From Mustelus asterias (taxonomy: Eukaryota): a DNA stretch of 64,000 nucleotides. The notes below the pieces were generated by a model that worked only from the letters and a program-made list of their open reading frames with translations, did no database searches and was not told the DNA's origin. Below, in pieces: positions 27,060 to 38,760 of this stretch. The translations under genes and the position numbers were made by a program. The stretch lies in NCBI RefSeq assembly GCF_964213995.1, contig NC_135815.1, forward strand, positions 85,684,001-85,748,000, written 5' to 3'. Within the stretch, counting starts at the first letter, position 1; every line of letters begins with the position of its first letter.

Positions 27060-28190
27060 ACCTCATTCTTGTGTCAAATACTTCCATGACTTTGCCCCTC
27101 CCTATCTTTCTAACTCCCACCAGCCGCACATCCCCCAAGAGCTCTGAATTCACTTAGTTCCATCTTCTGTACCCCTGATTTTCATCACTCAATCATTGGT
27201 AGCCAACCCTATCCTACATTCTGGAAGTCCCTCTCTTTACCTCCCAAATGCTTTCATTCAAAATGCACCTCAAATGCTCTTTGCTCAAGCTTTTGCTTAT
27301 CTGTTTCCTTTTGTGTCTTTTTGGAGATTGGCTTCCTGCACCTATGACATTTTACTATGTTAAAGATGCTACATAAATGTAAGATTTTGTATCATCAATG
27401 TTTGTGTCAACCTGCTGGGCTTTGTCTGAAAATTGACTCTCAGGTGGCTCCTTAATGAAGCTCCCTCACCTGGCCCTTATTACCAAGTCATATTTTGGCT
27501 TCTTCAGTGTCTTGCCCTTTAAAACCTTCATTACCACCTGACAATCCTATCTCAAGTTTCTCCAGGCTTTGCCCTCACCTAATAACCCCAGTGCTCTTGG
27601 ATAATACTGCAGAGCAAAGATAACTCTTGGCTTCTGTTCTCCACTGTCAACTACCTCCTCAAATCTCTCTCTTCTGCCCGTTCTACCCTGTTCAACTACT
27701 ACAAGGAGCCCACTGGTTGTTTCTTCCGAACTGAAATCACACCTCCAGTTGTCTCATCTGCTTCCCATTCCCTTGCCCAAGTCTCTGCAGTTACTCCAGT
27801 TCCCTGCATGCCTCCCAAGAGCTTATCTTGCTGATGAGACCCACCACTCTTGGTATCATTGCAACTAACCACCTAATCAGCTTCTCTTTCTGGCCCCTTT
27901 GCAAATTGACATTATAAATGGTTCCCCCAGGGTGCAATATCCCACCCCTCGAAACCTGCCGTCAACGCCCTCCACAATAAAACCCACTCTCAACTCTTCT
28001 GTTCCTGCAAACTCCTTCTTGCCTTTCCTCTCCAAAGTCCTTGAACGTGTTGGTTCCCAGAATCTGCAACTCTCCGTTTTGGATCCCTTCAATCGAGTTT
28101 TCTGTTTCCCACTGAGAGGGCCTAAACCAAAGTATGATCCTTTTCCTTCCTGCAGCTTTTAACACAGTCTACTATACCATCTGTAATAAC
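27060..28190 (+). mobile_element. Old L2-like LINE fragments
   Basis: Degenerate RT motif remnants (LPFLSKVLERV) and an L2-type tail (ctacataaatgtaag). Confidence 0.55.
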
Positions 28191-28439
28191 TTTTGTTCCT
28201 GTCCCCACACCTTTACCAGGGAAAACATCCTCCCTACATCTAGTCTGTTCAGCCCTGTTAGAATTTTATATGTTTCATTCAGATCTTCCCTCATCCTTCT
28301 AAATTCCAGTGAATACAGACACTGTTAAACCAATCTCTCCTCAGAGGCCAGTCCCGGTGTCAGTTTAGTGAACCTCAGCTGCACTCCCTCTGCGGCAAGT
28401 ATATCCTTTCTTAGTGTAGTAACTTGGCTCCACCAATTT

Positions 28440-28726
28440 AGAATCATAGAATCCCTACAGTGCAAAAGCAGGCTATTTAGCCCATTGAGCCTGCACCGAT
28501 AACAATCCCACACAGATCTTATCCACATAACCCACGTACTTACCTACTAATCCCCCTGACACTAAGGGGCAATTTAGCATGGCCAATCCATCTAACCCAC
28601 ACATCTTTGGACTGTGGGAGGAAACCCAAGCAGACACGGGGAGAACGTGCAGACTCCGCACAAGCCGGGAATCGAACCCAGATCTCTGTTGCTGTGATGC
28701 AGCAGTGCTAACCTCTGTGCCACCCT
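28440..28726 (-). mobile_element. HE1-like SINE inside the Gypsy LTR
   Basis: Head, core and tail as in the other copies; it interrupts the LTR alignment with 39171-39375. Confidence 0.85.
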
Positions 28727-29958
28727 CAAGAACAAGAACAAACTATAGATGTCTATTAACGAACACCAACTATCAATGGGGTGATACAGATTCAATATTT
28801 CCAGACATGGCTTTAGGATCTAACTGCGGGACAAGCCCAGACAAGATGGAGTGAAGCCCAACTTGGTTCCTGATTGGTCAGCCCAGGTCATGTGACTCTT
28901 TCAGAAGCTTGCTCCTTAAAGGGGCCAGACACCATATCCCTCTAAGTTTCTTTATACACAGAGTAATAGCTAAGTGATACAGTCCCCCATAATTTGCTAC
29001 AATTAAGACTTTTAATCAGTCCATCAAAATCTCTGTTTCTAGTGGTTTCCCTTCCTTGTAGAGCAATGCAACTCTGTTGACTGGGGTGCTTCTGCTGGGG
29101 TACTTTCACACATGGTCTCTCTTCTGGTGCTGATGCTACTATTCTCCAGCAGTGGAAGACGACTGAGGGCATCACCTTTGGCTGTTTGTGTCCCTGGTTG
29201 GTGTTCAAATGTGAATTCATAGGCCAATAGGATCAGTGCCCAGTGCTGATAGAATTGATGGAATAGTCTTGTCTGCCTTGAATAGACCCGATGTGGAGAC
29301 ACTGATTGGTCCTGTGGCAGAGGGAGTGCAGCTGAGGTTCACTAAACTGACACCGGGACTGGCCTCTGAGGAGAGATTGGTTTAACAGTGTCTGCCTTGA
29401 ATAGACCCAACAGTGGCTTGTGGTCTGTCAGAACAGTAAAATGTCTTGGGTAGACATACAGGTGGAATTTTCTCACTCCGAACATGATAAACAGCCCTTT
29501 TTCTATTTGCGAATAACCATTCTCAACTTCTGAAAGGGTTCTCAACACTTACGCAATAGGCTTCTCAGACCCACTATCCATTCTATGAGACAAAACTGCC
29601 CTAACACTGTATGGAGAGGCATCACACGTCATTACTAACTTCCTGGACAGATCAAAATGTGCTAATAGACAAGATGAATGTAATAGTTGCTTGACCGTAT
29701 TAAATCCTTCTTTCTGTGGCATTTCCAGAACCATTTTGGTGTTTCTTCAGTTACACGTGTAAAATAGCCAATTGTGTTGACAGACACACCCGTAATAATT
29801 AACAAGCCCTAGAAATGATTTGAGCTCCAAGGTATTTCTAGGGGCTGGTGCTCCTTAATTTCCTTATTTTATCCTCCATGGGATACAGTCCCTGGGCATC
29901 CACATGGTAGCTGAGATAAGCTATTACGCTGGCCTGGAAAGTGCATTTTTCCCTTTTT

Positions 29959-31598
29959 AGGAACATAGAAATTAGGAGCAGAAGTAGGCAAATTCAGCCC
30001 TTCGAGCCTGCTCTGCCATTCAATCAGATCATGGTTGATCTCTCCCTGGTCTCAGATCCACCTCCCCACCTGTTCCCCATTTCTGTTTTAAATCTACCAC
30101 CTTTCTACCGATACCCGTGACCTCTTGTTCTTGATTGCCCCATAAGAGGAGACACTTGGTTTACATTTACTTTATCAATCCCTTTTTAAATTTTATATAC
30201 TTCGACCAGATCCCCGCTCACCCTACTAAACTCCAGCGAGTATAAGCCCAAACTGTTTAATCTCTCCTCATACATCAACCTTTTCATCCCCAGAATCAAT
30301 TGAGTGAACCTCCTCCAATGCCATCACATCCTTCCTCAAATAAGGAAATCAAAGCTGGACACAATACTCCAGGTGTGATCTCAGCAACACCCTATACAAT
30401 TGCAACAACACTTATCTAGTTTTATACTCCAGTCTCTGCAATAAATGCCAACATCCAATGTGCATTTTTTATTACATGCTGCACCTGCATACCGACTTTG
30501 TGATTCATGATCATAGACACCCAGATTCCTCTGCCCGGACACATTTTGAATCTACTTTCCATTTAGGTAATAATTTGCCTTTCTACTTTTTTTGCCAAAA
30601 TGGGCAATCTCACACTTGTCCACATTAAACTCTATCTGCCAAATTTTGGCCCATTCTTCTAGCCTATCTACATCCATCTGTAAAATCTTAATATCCTCTT
30701 CATTGCCTGTTTTTCCACCTATTTTAGTATCATCCGCAAATTTTGCTATGTTACACTCTGTCCCTGCTTGCAGATTATTTATATAGATTATAAACAGTTG
30801 AGGTCTAAGGACTGACCCCTGTGACATCCCGCTAGTTACATTTCACCAGCCAGAGAAAGACCCATTTATCCTGACCCTCTGCTTTCTGTCAGACAGCCAA
30901 TCCTCAATCCAATCCAGTACTATACACCACATCCACAGGTTCTCCACTACCCACCTTGCTGGTTATGTCCTCAAAGAACTCAAGCAAGTTTGTTGAGCAT
31001 GATTTACCCTTCATAAAACCATGCTGACAATGGTGGATTGACCTTTGCCTTTCTAAATGCTCATTCATCTCTTCCTTAATGATTGATTCCAACAACTTCC
31101 CCACCACAGAGGTCAAACTAACCAGCCTATAGTTTCCTACTTTTTGCCCCTCTCCCTTTTTGAATTAGGGCATCACTTAAGATGTTTCCAATCCACCTGG
31201 ACCTTACCAGAATCCAAGGAATTTTGAAATATCACAACCAATGCATCCACTATCTGTGCTGCCACCTCCTTTAATACCCTAGGGTGCAGGCCGTCGGGTC
31301 CCAGAGACTTATCTGCCTTTAATCCCATTAGTTTATTCAATGCCTTCTCCCTGGCAATGGTTATTGCACCAAGTTCCTCTGCATTAACAACAGTTTTTTG
31401 GAAAATCTTCATTATTCTCTACTGTGAAGACAGGCAAAATATTAGTTTCGTGCCTCCGCCATTTCTATATTCCCCTTTAATACCTCACCAGTGTTGTCCT
31501 CGAAAGAGCCAATATTTACTTTAGCTATTCTCTTCCTCTTTATGTACTTGTGGAAGCTTTTGATATTTGTGTTTATGTTTTCTGCTAGTTTCCTTTTG
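29959..31598 (-). mobile_element. 5'-truncated decayed CR1 inside the Gypsy RT
   Basis: GPDGLHPRVLKE, QHGF, QGSVL and FADD motifs; CR1 tail near 29960. Confidence 0.85.
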
Positions 31599-33755
31599 TC
31601 AACTCCCGCCTCCTGAAATCATCTCAGTACTACTTCTAGATTGTGTTCTTCTTCGGTTGCACTAATAATCAATATGTCATCCAAATATACGACGTGCGAA
31701 AATCCTGTAATAAACTTTCCAAGGTTATTTGAAATATGGCGCAAGCTGATGAGATGTCGAAAGGCAAGCATGTATATTGATATAAACCTTTATGGGTGTT
31801 AATAGTCACGTAGCCTCTAGAAGAATCATCCAACTCCAGCTGCTGATATGCATAGTTCATATCTAATTTCATATATGGCTGTCCTCCAGTCAGTCTTGCA
31901 TATAAATCCTCTATCTTTGGAAAGCGTATTTGTCCATCTTTGCAACCTGGTTTACTGTCAATTTATAGTCTCCACAGATATGGACTGTTTTATCTCGAGC
32001 ACTGTAGGTGCTGCCTGTGACGACCTTCAGGACTTGCATGGGAAATCATTGATTGACTTCCCTGTATGACTCGTAGAATACAAGCTCCCTGGGGATTGGT
32101 AGTTACCTTATCAGGTGAAGCTTGTATACCGATCCCTTTATAAAGTAGGTCCCGAAGTGGGTCCATTAGAGTATTGTCCCAGTTGGGACTTGTTTGCGTT
32201 CACCACAGGCTTGTGGTTTTGCTTTACTTTATTTTGTGCAATAAACCACTGTTCCTTTACAACTGATACTTGGAGTTATTATACTGCCTATTCTGCAAAC
32301 TGGACCAGCTGTATAATACCCAGTTCTTATAGCCTTTTTAGTTCGGTTTTGACTTTATCCAACAAAATATTGGGCACATGTCTAAGCCTGAAATATTTTG
32401 GGCTGGCTTCTAGGTTTATGTGAATTTTTGACTTCAAGCTTTTAATCTTCCCAAGTTCATCTTGAAAAATGTGCTGGTACTTCCATATTACTTTAGGCCT
32501 CCTTCCTTAATTCTCCAGTCAGCTAAGGTTAATTGTCCAGACATCATGATCAACGTAAGTTTGGCAGATTGCTGCCAGTAGCTCAAAGGGGTTTCGGTTG
32601 TACCCACAATCTTGATCACCTCCCCCGTGTAGGTTGTCTGTCTTGTTGAGGTGTTCTTTAATTTCAGAGGCTGGATCCCTTTGCTCCGATATCTGTAGGT
32701 CTGTTCCCCTACTACGGTATCAGAAACTGCCATGTCGCGTTCCATTCTCAATGGTTTACCATTGACTAATAGCGCCACCATGACGGGGGCTACCTTGCCT
32801 GCTTTTTTACATTATTTAATGATGGGACCTCCTGCTCACTCGCAGGAACTGGTGCCGAGTTGTTCACTCTGCTGCTGCCAGGCAGACTCTGCTTACTTTT
32901 GGATCTGTGCCTCAAATGGCCCTTCGTATGGCACACAAAGTACTCTGCCTCCTTGAATCTGCAAATCTCTGTGGAATGATTTCCCCCACCCCTGTAACAA
33001 TCTGTAATGATCCTAGGCTGTTGATTCATTCTCCTGAATCTTCTAACTCTACCAGCTTCTTTATTTGTTTCTCAGTTTGAACTGGCATCTTTGCTTTTGG
33101 CGCCACTAATGCCTACAGCTTCCTCCCCTAACAGGCAGACCACACCATTCTGCGCACTCTGAAGTTCCCGGACGCACGTCTCTGTGCTCTCCATCGCTCA
33201 TACTATTTCCGGTACCTTTTTTAAATTAATCTCCGTTTCTGCCAGCAACTTCCTCTGTATAGACTCATCATTTACTCCACAGACCAATCAGTTTCTCACG
33301 GTGCTCCGCAATTTGCCTAAGCCTTGCTATTTAGGTTGCAGTGGTCTCCCCTGAGGCTCTCCCCGTGGAATTGAATTTAAATTGTTGCAAAATCAGAGAG
33401 TGCTTTGCGTGGGAGTGCCCTTTCACCAAATCCACAATCTCAGCAAAGAAGCTTGCATTGGGCGCATTTGGGAACATTAGACAATGGATAAACTTATAGG
33501 TTTGGGTCCCACATGCGTTTAATAATATCACCACCTTCTTCTTTTCCTCCTACTCTATTCTGTTTGCTTTGAAGAAATATTCTAATCCCTCAACACATTG
33601 TACACACTCTTCAGCAGAGACATGGAAGGGATCCACTCTCTAAATACAGGCATCTCTGCAACTCTGTTCTACTTTGCAAGCTTGACTAGGACTGATCCAG
33701 GTTCTTTGCTGATAATTAATCGCACTTTCTGCTTTTTACCTTGTCGTCAAATGTA

Positions 33756-34471
33756 CAAAGAACAAAGAACAATACAGCACAGGAACAGGCCCTTCGGCCC
33801 TCCAAGCCCGCGCCGCTCCCCGGTCCAGGATTGAATCCTGAATCCAGGATCCCCGCCCAATTTTCCAGCCTATCTACATACCAATATCCTATCCACCGAG
33901 CTGTCCCTCACAGCTACGATGCTTTGTTCATTACAACCTATTAACTCACCCCCACCCCCCTATTCCAGACCATGTGATCCCCAGGGAGAGGCGAAAACCC
34001 AGAGTGAAAAACCCCAGGGCCAATATGGGGAAAAAAAAAATCTGGGAAATTCCTCTCCGACCCCCTGAGGCGATCGAAACGAGTCCAGGAGATCACAATG
34101 GCCCTGATCGGAAAATGCTTCCCAACCCTCGTCATTTCCACTTCCATGAACACCATATGAATTCCCTGCCCCCGAGACAGGTTCCCAACTATCCACAGTC
34201 TCGCTCTGTACTGGCACCAGCAAGATGATCATAGAATGAAGCCTTGAAACGAGAAACAAGGAACAATTAGCCCGCGCCGCTCCCTGGTCCAAACTAGACC
34301 ACTCTTTTGTATCCCTCCATTCCCACTCCGGTCATATAGCTGTCTAGATAAGTCTTAAACGTTCCCAGTGTGTCCGCCTCCACCACCTTGCCCGGCAACA
34401 CATTCCAGGCCCCCACGACCCTCTGTGTGAAATATGTCCTTCTGATATCTGTGTTAAACCTCCCCCCCTTC
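33756..34471 (-). mobile_element. 5'-truncated CR1 with an expanded, structured 3' UTR
   Basis: RT C-terminal remnant at about 34300-34471 and a (GTTCTTT)n tail at 33756-33770. Relative to the 3' end at 34472-34700 it has an extra ~440 bp between 23-bp direct repeats. Confidence 0.85.
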
Positions 34472-34543
34472 AAAGAACAAAGAACAGTACAGCACAGGAA
34501 ACAGGCCTTCGGCCCTCCAAGCCTGTGCCGCTCCTTGGTCCAA

Positions 34544-37465
34544 CTAGACCAATCGTTTGTATCCCTCCATTCCCAGACTGCTCATGTGACTATCCAGGTA
34601 AGTCTTAAACGATGTCAGCGTGCCTGCCTCCACCACCCTACTTGGCAGCGCATTCCAGGCCCCCACCACCCTCTGTGTAAAAAACGTCCCTCTGATGTCT
34701 GAGTTATACTTCGCCCCTCTCAGCTTGAGCCCGTGACCCCTCGTGATCGTCACCTCCGACCTGGGAAAAAGCTTCCCACTGTTCACCCTATCTATACCCT
34801 TCATAATCTTGTATACCTCTATTAGATCTCCCCTCATTCTCCGTCTTTCCAAGGAGAACAACCCCAGTCTACCCAATCTCTCCTCATAGCTAAGACCCTC
34901 CATACCAGGCAACATCCTGGTAAACCTTCTCTGCACTCTCTCCAATGCCTCCACGTCCTTCTGGTAGTGCGGCGACCAGAACTGGACGCAGTACTCCAAA
35001 TGCGGCCTAACCAGCGTTCTATACAGCTGCATCATCAGACTCCAGCTTTTATACTCTATACCCCGTCCTATAAAGGCAAGCATACCATATGCCTTCTTCA
35101 CCACCTTCTCCACCTGTGTTGCCACCTTCAAGGATTTGTGGACTTGCACACCTAGGTCCCTCTGTGTTTCTATACTCCTGATGACTCTGCCATTTATTGC
35201 ATAACTCCTCCCTACATTATTTCTTCCAAAATGCATCACTTCGCATTTATCCGGATTAAATTCCATCTGCCACCTCTCCGCCCAATTTTCCAGCCTATCT
35301 ATATCCTGCTGTATTGCCCGACAATGCTCTTCGCTATCCGCAATTCCAGCCATCTTTGTGTCATCCGCAAACTTGCTGATTACACCAGTTACACCTTCTT
35401 CCAAATCATTTATATATATCACAAATAGCAGAGGTCCCAGTACAGAGCCCTGCGGAACACCACTGGTCACAGACCTCCAGCCGGAAAAAGACCCTTCGAC
35501 CACTACCCTCTGTCTCCTATGGCCAAGCCAGTTCTCCACCCATCGAGCCACTTCTCCTTGTATCCCATGAGCCTTAACCTTCTTAACCAACCTGCCATGT
35601 GGGACTTTGTCAAATGCCTTACTGAAATCCATATAGACGACATCCACGGCCCTTCCTTCATCAACCGTTTTTGTCACTTCCTCAAAAAACTCCACCAAAT
35701 TTGTAAGGCACGACCTCCCTCTTACAAAACCATGCTGTCTGTCACTAATGAGATCGTTCCGTTCTAAATGCACATACATCCTGTCTCTAAGAATCCTCTC
35801 CAACAACTTCCCTACCACGGACGTCAAGCTCACCGGCCTATAATTTCCTGGGTTATCCCTGCTACCCTTCTTAAACAACGGGACCACATTCGCTATCCTC
35901 CAATCCTCAGGGACCTCACCCGTGTCCAAAGAAGCGACAAAGATTTCCGTCAGAGGCCCAGCAATTTCCTCTCTCGTCTCCCTGAGCAGTCGAGGATAGA
36001 TGCCATCAGGCCCTGGGGCTTTGTCAGTTTTAATGTTCCCTAAAAAACCTAACACTTCCTCTCTCGTAATGGAGATTTTCTCTAACGGGTCAACACCTCC
36101 CTCCGAGACACTCCCGGTTAACACGCCCCTCTCCTTCGTGAATACCGATGCAAAGTATTCATTTAGGATCTCCCCTATTCCCTTGGGTTCTAAGCATAAT
36201 TCCCCTCCTTTGTCCCTGAGAGGTCCGATTTTCTCCCTGACAACTCTTTTGTTCCTAACGTATGAATAGAATGCCTTAGGATTCTCCTTAATCCTGCCTG
36301 CCAAGAACATCTCGTGCCCTCTTTTTGCCCTTCTAACTCCCCGTTTGAGATCTTTCCTACTCTCTCTGTATTCCTCCAGAGCTCCATCTGTTTTCAGTTG
36401 CCTGGACTTAACGTACGCCTCCCTTTTCATTTTAATCAGATCCTCAATTTCCCTGGTTATCCACGGCTCTCGAATCCTACCTTTCCTATCTTTCCTTTTT
36501 ACAGGCACATGCCTATCCTGCAGCCTTATCAATAGTTCCTTAAAAGACTCCCACATGCCAGACGCGGACTTACCCTCGAACATCCTCTCCCAATCAACAT
36601 CCACCAATTCCTGCCTAATCCGGCTATAGTCAGCCTTCCCCCAATTTAGCACCCTGCCCGTAGGACAGCACTCATCCTTGTCCATTACTATCCTAAAGTT
36701 AACAGAGTTGTGGTCACTATTTGCCACATGTTCCCCTACCGAAACTTTGACGACCTGACCGGGCTCATTTCCCAGAACTAGGTCCAGTATAGCCCCCTCT
36801 CTAGTCGGGCTATCTACATACTGTTCCAAAGAACCTTCCAGTACGCATTTTACAAATTCCTCCCCGTCCGGTCCCCCAGCTCTAAGCACTTTCCAGTCTG
36901 TGCCAGGGAAATTAAAGTCCCCCACTACAACAACCCTATGTTTTCTGCACCTATCCAGAATCTCCTGACATATCCTTTCCTCCACTTCCCGTGGGCTGTT
37001 GGGTGGTCTGTAGTACACCCCCAGCATAGTGACTGCACCCTTCCTGTTTCTGAGTTCCACCCACAGCGACTCGGTACATGACCCCTCTAAGTTGTCTACC
37101 CTCTGCACCGCGGTAATATGCTCCTTAACTAATATCGCTACTCCCCCACCTTTTTTAGCCCCTCCTCTGTCTCTCCTAAAACACTGATACCCCGGAATAT
37201 TCAGCTGCCAGTCCTGTCCTTTTAACCAAGTTTCCGTCACCGCAACCACATCCAAATTCCGCACAAGCATTAAGGCCCTAAGTTCGTCTGTTTTACCCGT
37301 TACACTCCTCGCATTGAAGCAGATGCACTCCAGACCTCCAGGCCCAGTCAGGTCCTCCTCCTCCAGAGTGCTCCTCTTCTTAGCTAGCCTTGCCTTGGCC
37401 CCCAGCTCGACCCCAGCCTCAGTATTTACTGACCTCCTGTTTTGTTCCCCACCCCCCTGCCACAC
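34544..37465 (-). CDS. CR1 ORF2: APE endonuclease plus reverse transcriptase (973 codons, GTG start)
   Basis: APE motifs CFNARS, VTETW, YRPP, GDFN, LDL, SDH. RT motifs [35 protein letters not shown]1 C-terminus RPHLEYCVQFWSP. Confidence 0.95.
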   Translation of the reverse strand: MWQGGGEQNRRSVNTEAGVELGAKARLAKKRSTLEEEDLTGPGGLECICFNARSVTGKTDELRALMLVRNLDVVAVTETWLKGQDWQLNIPGYQCFRRDRGGAKKGGGVAILVKEHITAVQRVDNLEGSCTESLWVELRNRKGAVTMLGVYYRPPNSPREVEERICQEILDRCRKHRVVVVGDFNFPGTDWKVLRAGGPDGEEFVKCVLEGSLEQYVDSPTREGAILDLVLGNEPGQVVKVSVGEHVANSDHNSVNFRIVMDKDECCPTGRVLNWGKADYSRIRQELVDVDWERMFEGKSASGMWESFKELLIRLQDRHVPVKRKDRKGRIREPWITREIEDLIKMKREAYVKSRQLKTDGALEEYRESRKDLKRGVRRAKRGHEMFLAGRIKENPKAFYSYVRNKRVVREKIGPLRDKGGELCLEPKGIGEILNEYFASVFTKERGVLTGSVSEGGVDPLEKISITREEVLGFLGNIKTDKAPGPDGIYPRLLRETREEIAGPLTEIFVASLDTGEVPEDWRIANVVPLFKKGSRDNPGNYRPVSLTSVVGKLLERILRDRMYVHLERNDLISDRQHGFVRGRSCLTNLVEFFEEVTKTVDEGRAVDVVYMDFSKAFDKVPHGRLVKKVKAHGIQGEVARWVENWLGHRRQRVVVEGSFSGWRSVTSGVPQGSVLGPLLFVIYINDLEEGVTGVISKFADDTKMAGIADSEEHCRAIQQDIDRLENWAERWQMEFNPDKCEVMHFGRNNVGRSYAINGRVIRSIETQRDLGVQVHKSLKVATQVEKVVKKAYGMLAFIGRGIEYKSWSLMMQLYRTLVRPHLEYCVQFWSPHYQKDVEALERVQRRFTRMLPGMEGLSYEERLGRLGLFSLERRRMRGDLIEVYKIMKGIDRVNSGKLFPRSEVTITRGHGLKLRGAKYNSDIRGTFFTQRVVGAWNALPSRVVEAGTLTSFKTYLDSHMSSLGMEGYKRLV

Positions 37466-38493
37466 TAGTTTAAATCCTGCCGAAACACTCGAGTAAAACT
37501 CCCAGCCAGGATATTTGCTCCCTTCCAGTTAAGGTGTAACCCATCCTTTCTGTACAGTTGCCATCCTGACTTGAAGATTTCCCAGTTATCTATGAATTTA
37601 AAACCCTCCCTCTTGCACCAGTCCTTTAGCCACGCATTCAACTGTAGAATCTCCCTGTTCCGAGCCTCACTTGCACTAGGCACCGGGAGCAGTCCAGAGA
37701 TTGCTACACTGGAGGTCTTACTTTTTAGCCTAGCACCCAACTCCCTGAATTTCTCTCGTATGACCCCCCTGCTCTTTCTACCTACATCATTTCCCCCAAT
37801 GTGTACAATCACATCCGTTTGACTACCTTCCTTTTTAAATACGCTTCCTACCCTCTCGGAGACATCCAGTACCCCGGCACCAGGGAGGCAGACTACCATC
37901 CTGGATTCTCGTTCAGTCCCACAGAAGCGCCTGTCCGTGTTTCTAACTATTGCGTCCCCCACAACTATCGCTCTCCTAAACCCCTTCTTTCCCTTCCGGA
38001 CCCCTGAGACTGTCCCCGTGGAGGCGATCTGGTCCTCGTGGCTTACCCCTGGAGGGTCATCCCCCTCCACAGAATCCAAAACAATATACCTATTGTGGAG
38101 GGGGACAACCACAGGGGATCCCTCCACAGACTGCTCACTCCCTTCCCTTCTCCCATCTGTTGCCCATCCCTTTCTCTTATGGGAGACTGCCACTGGGGTG
38201 CTTTCTGGCACATCACCCTTCTGACTATTACCCCTCCTAACCGTGACCCACGTGTCTTCCTTCCGAGACCCTGGTGTCACTACCTGACTATAACTTTTAT
38301 CTATGACTCTCTCATTTTCCCTAACTAAACTGAGTTCATCGAGCCTCAGCTCCAGCTCCCTTACACGATCCTTCAGGAGATGCAGTTCCACACATCTGGC
38401 ACAGATATGGACTTCCGGGAGGCAAGTTGTCTCCAGGAACTCCCACATCCCACACCGAATGCAGTATACTGGCCTCCCACTCATACCAGCCAT
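37465..38493 (-). CDS. CR1 ORF1: zinc finger, leucine zipper and SGNH/GDSL esterase-like domain (342 aa from first ATG)
   Basis: CIRC...HICARC, heptad LLKDRVRELELRLDEL, SGNH blocks IVVGDA / LPGAG / HIGGND / DGLH. Confidence 0.9.
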   Translation of the reverse strand: MAGMSGRPVYCIRCGMWEFLETTCLPEVHICARCVELHLLKDRVRELELRLDELSLVRENERVIDKSYSQVVTPGSRKEDTWVTVRRGNSQKGDVPESTPVAVSHKRKGWATDGRREGSEQSVEGSPVVVPLHNRYIVLDSVEGDDPPGVSHEDQIASTGTVSGVRKGKKGFRRAIVVGDAIVRNTDRRFCGTERESRMVVCLPGAGVLDVSERVGSVFKKEGSQTDVIVHIGGNDVGRKSRGVIREKFRELGARLKSKTSSVAISGLLPVPSASEARNREILQLNAWLKDWCKREGFKFIDNWEIFKSGWQLYRKDGLHLNWKGANILAGSFTRVFRQDLN

Positions 38494-38760
38494 GTCCTTT
38501 TTAGTTTTGGGGATAAAACAAAAAGGGGGTGTAACCGAAGAAAAACAAACAAACAACCTTCCTCGCCGAAGCCCTGTGAGCCAAAGCCCTTTTTAGCTCT
38601 CACTCTGTCCCCTGCTCACTCCACTGCCCGCTAACGACGCTGCCCGCTCAAAGGTGCGGCCTACTTTTAAACCCTCCAAAATCTTCCCAGGCTGCTGCTG
38701 GGCCTATTTCCTGTTTAGAAAAAAAAAAAGAACTGAAAAATAATTAAATAAATTAATTAC

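Noticed and set aside
34062-34086. Hammerhead-like CTGAGG...CGAAAC on the + strand
   Set aside because: The core is CUGAGGC rather than CUGANGA, stem II is missing, and the G-U pairs favour folding of the opposite strand.
34967-38634. Numerous + strand ORFs over the CR1
   Set aside because: Antisense shadows of ORF1 and ORF2 with no independent evidence.
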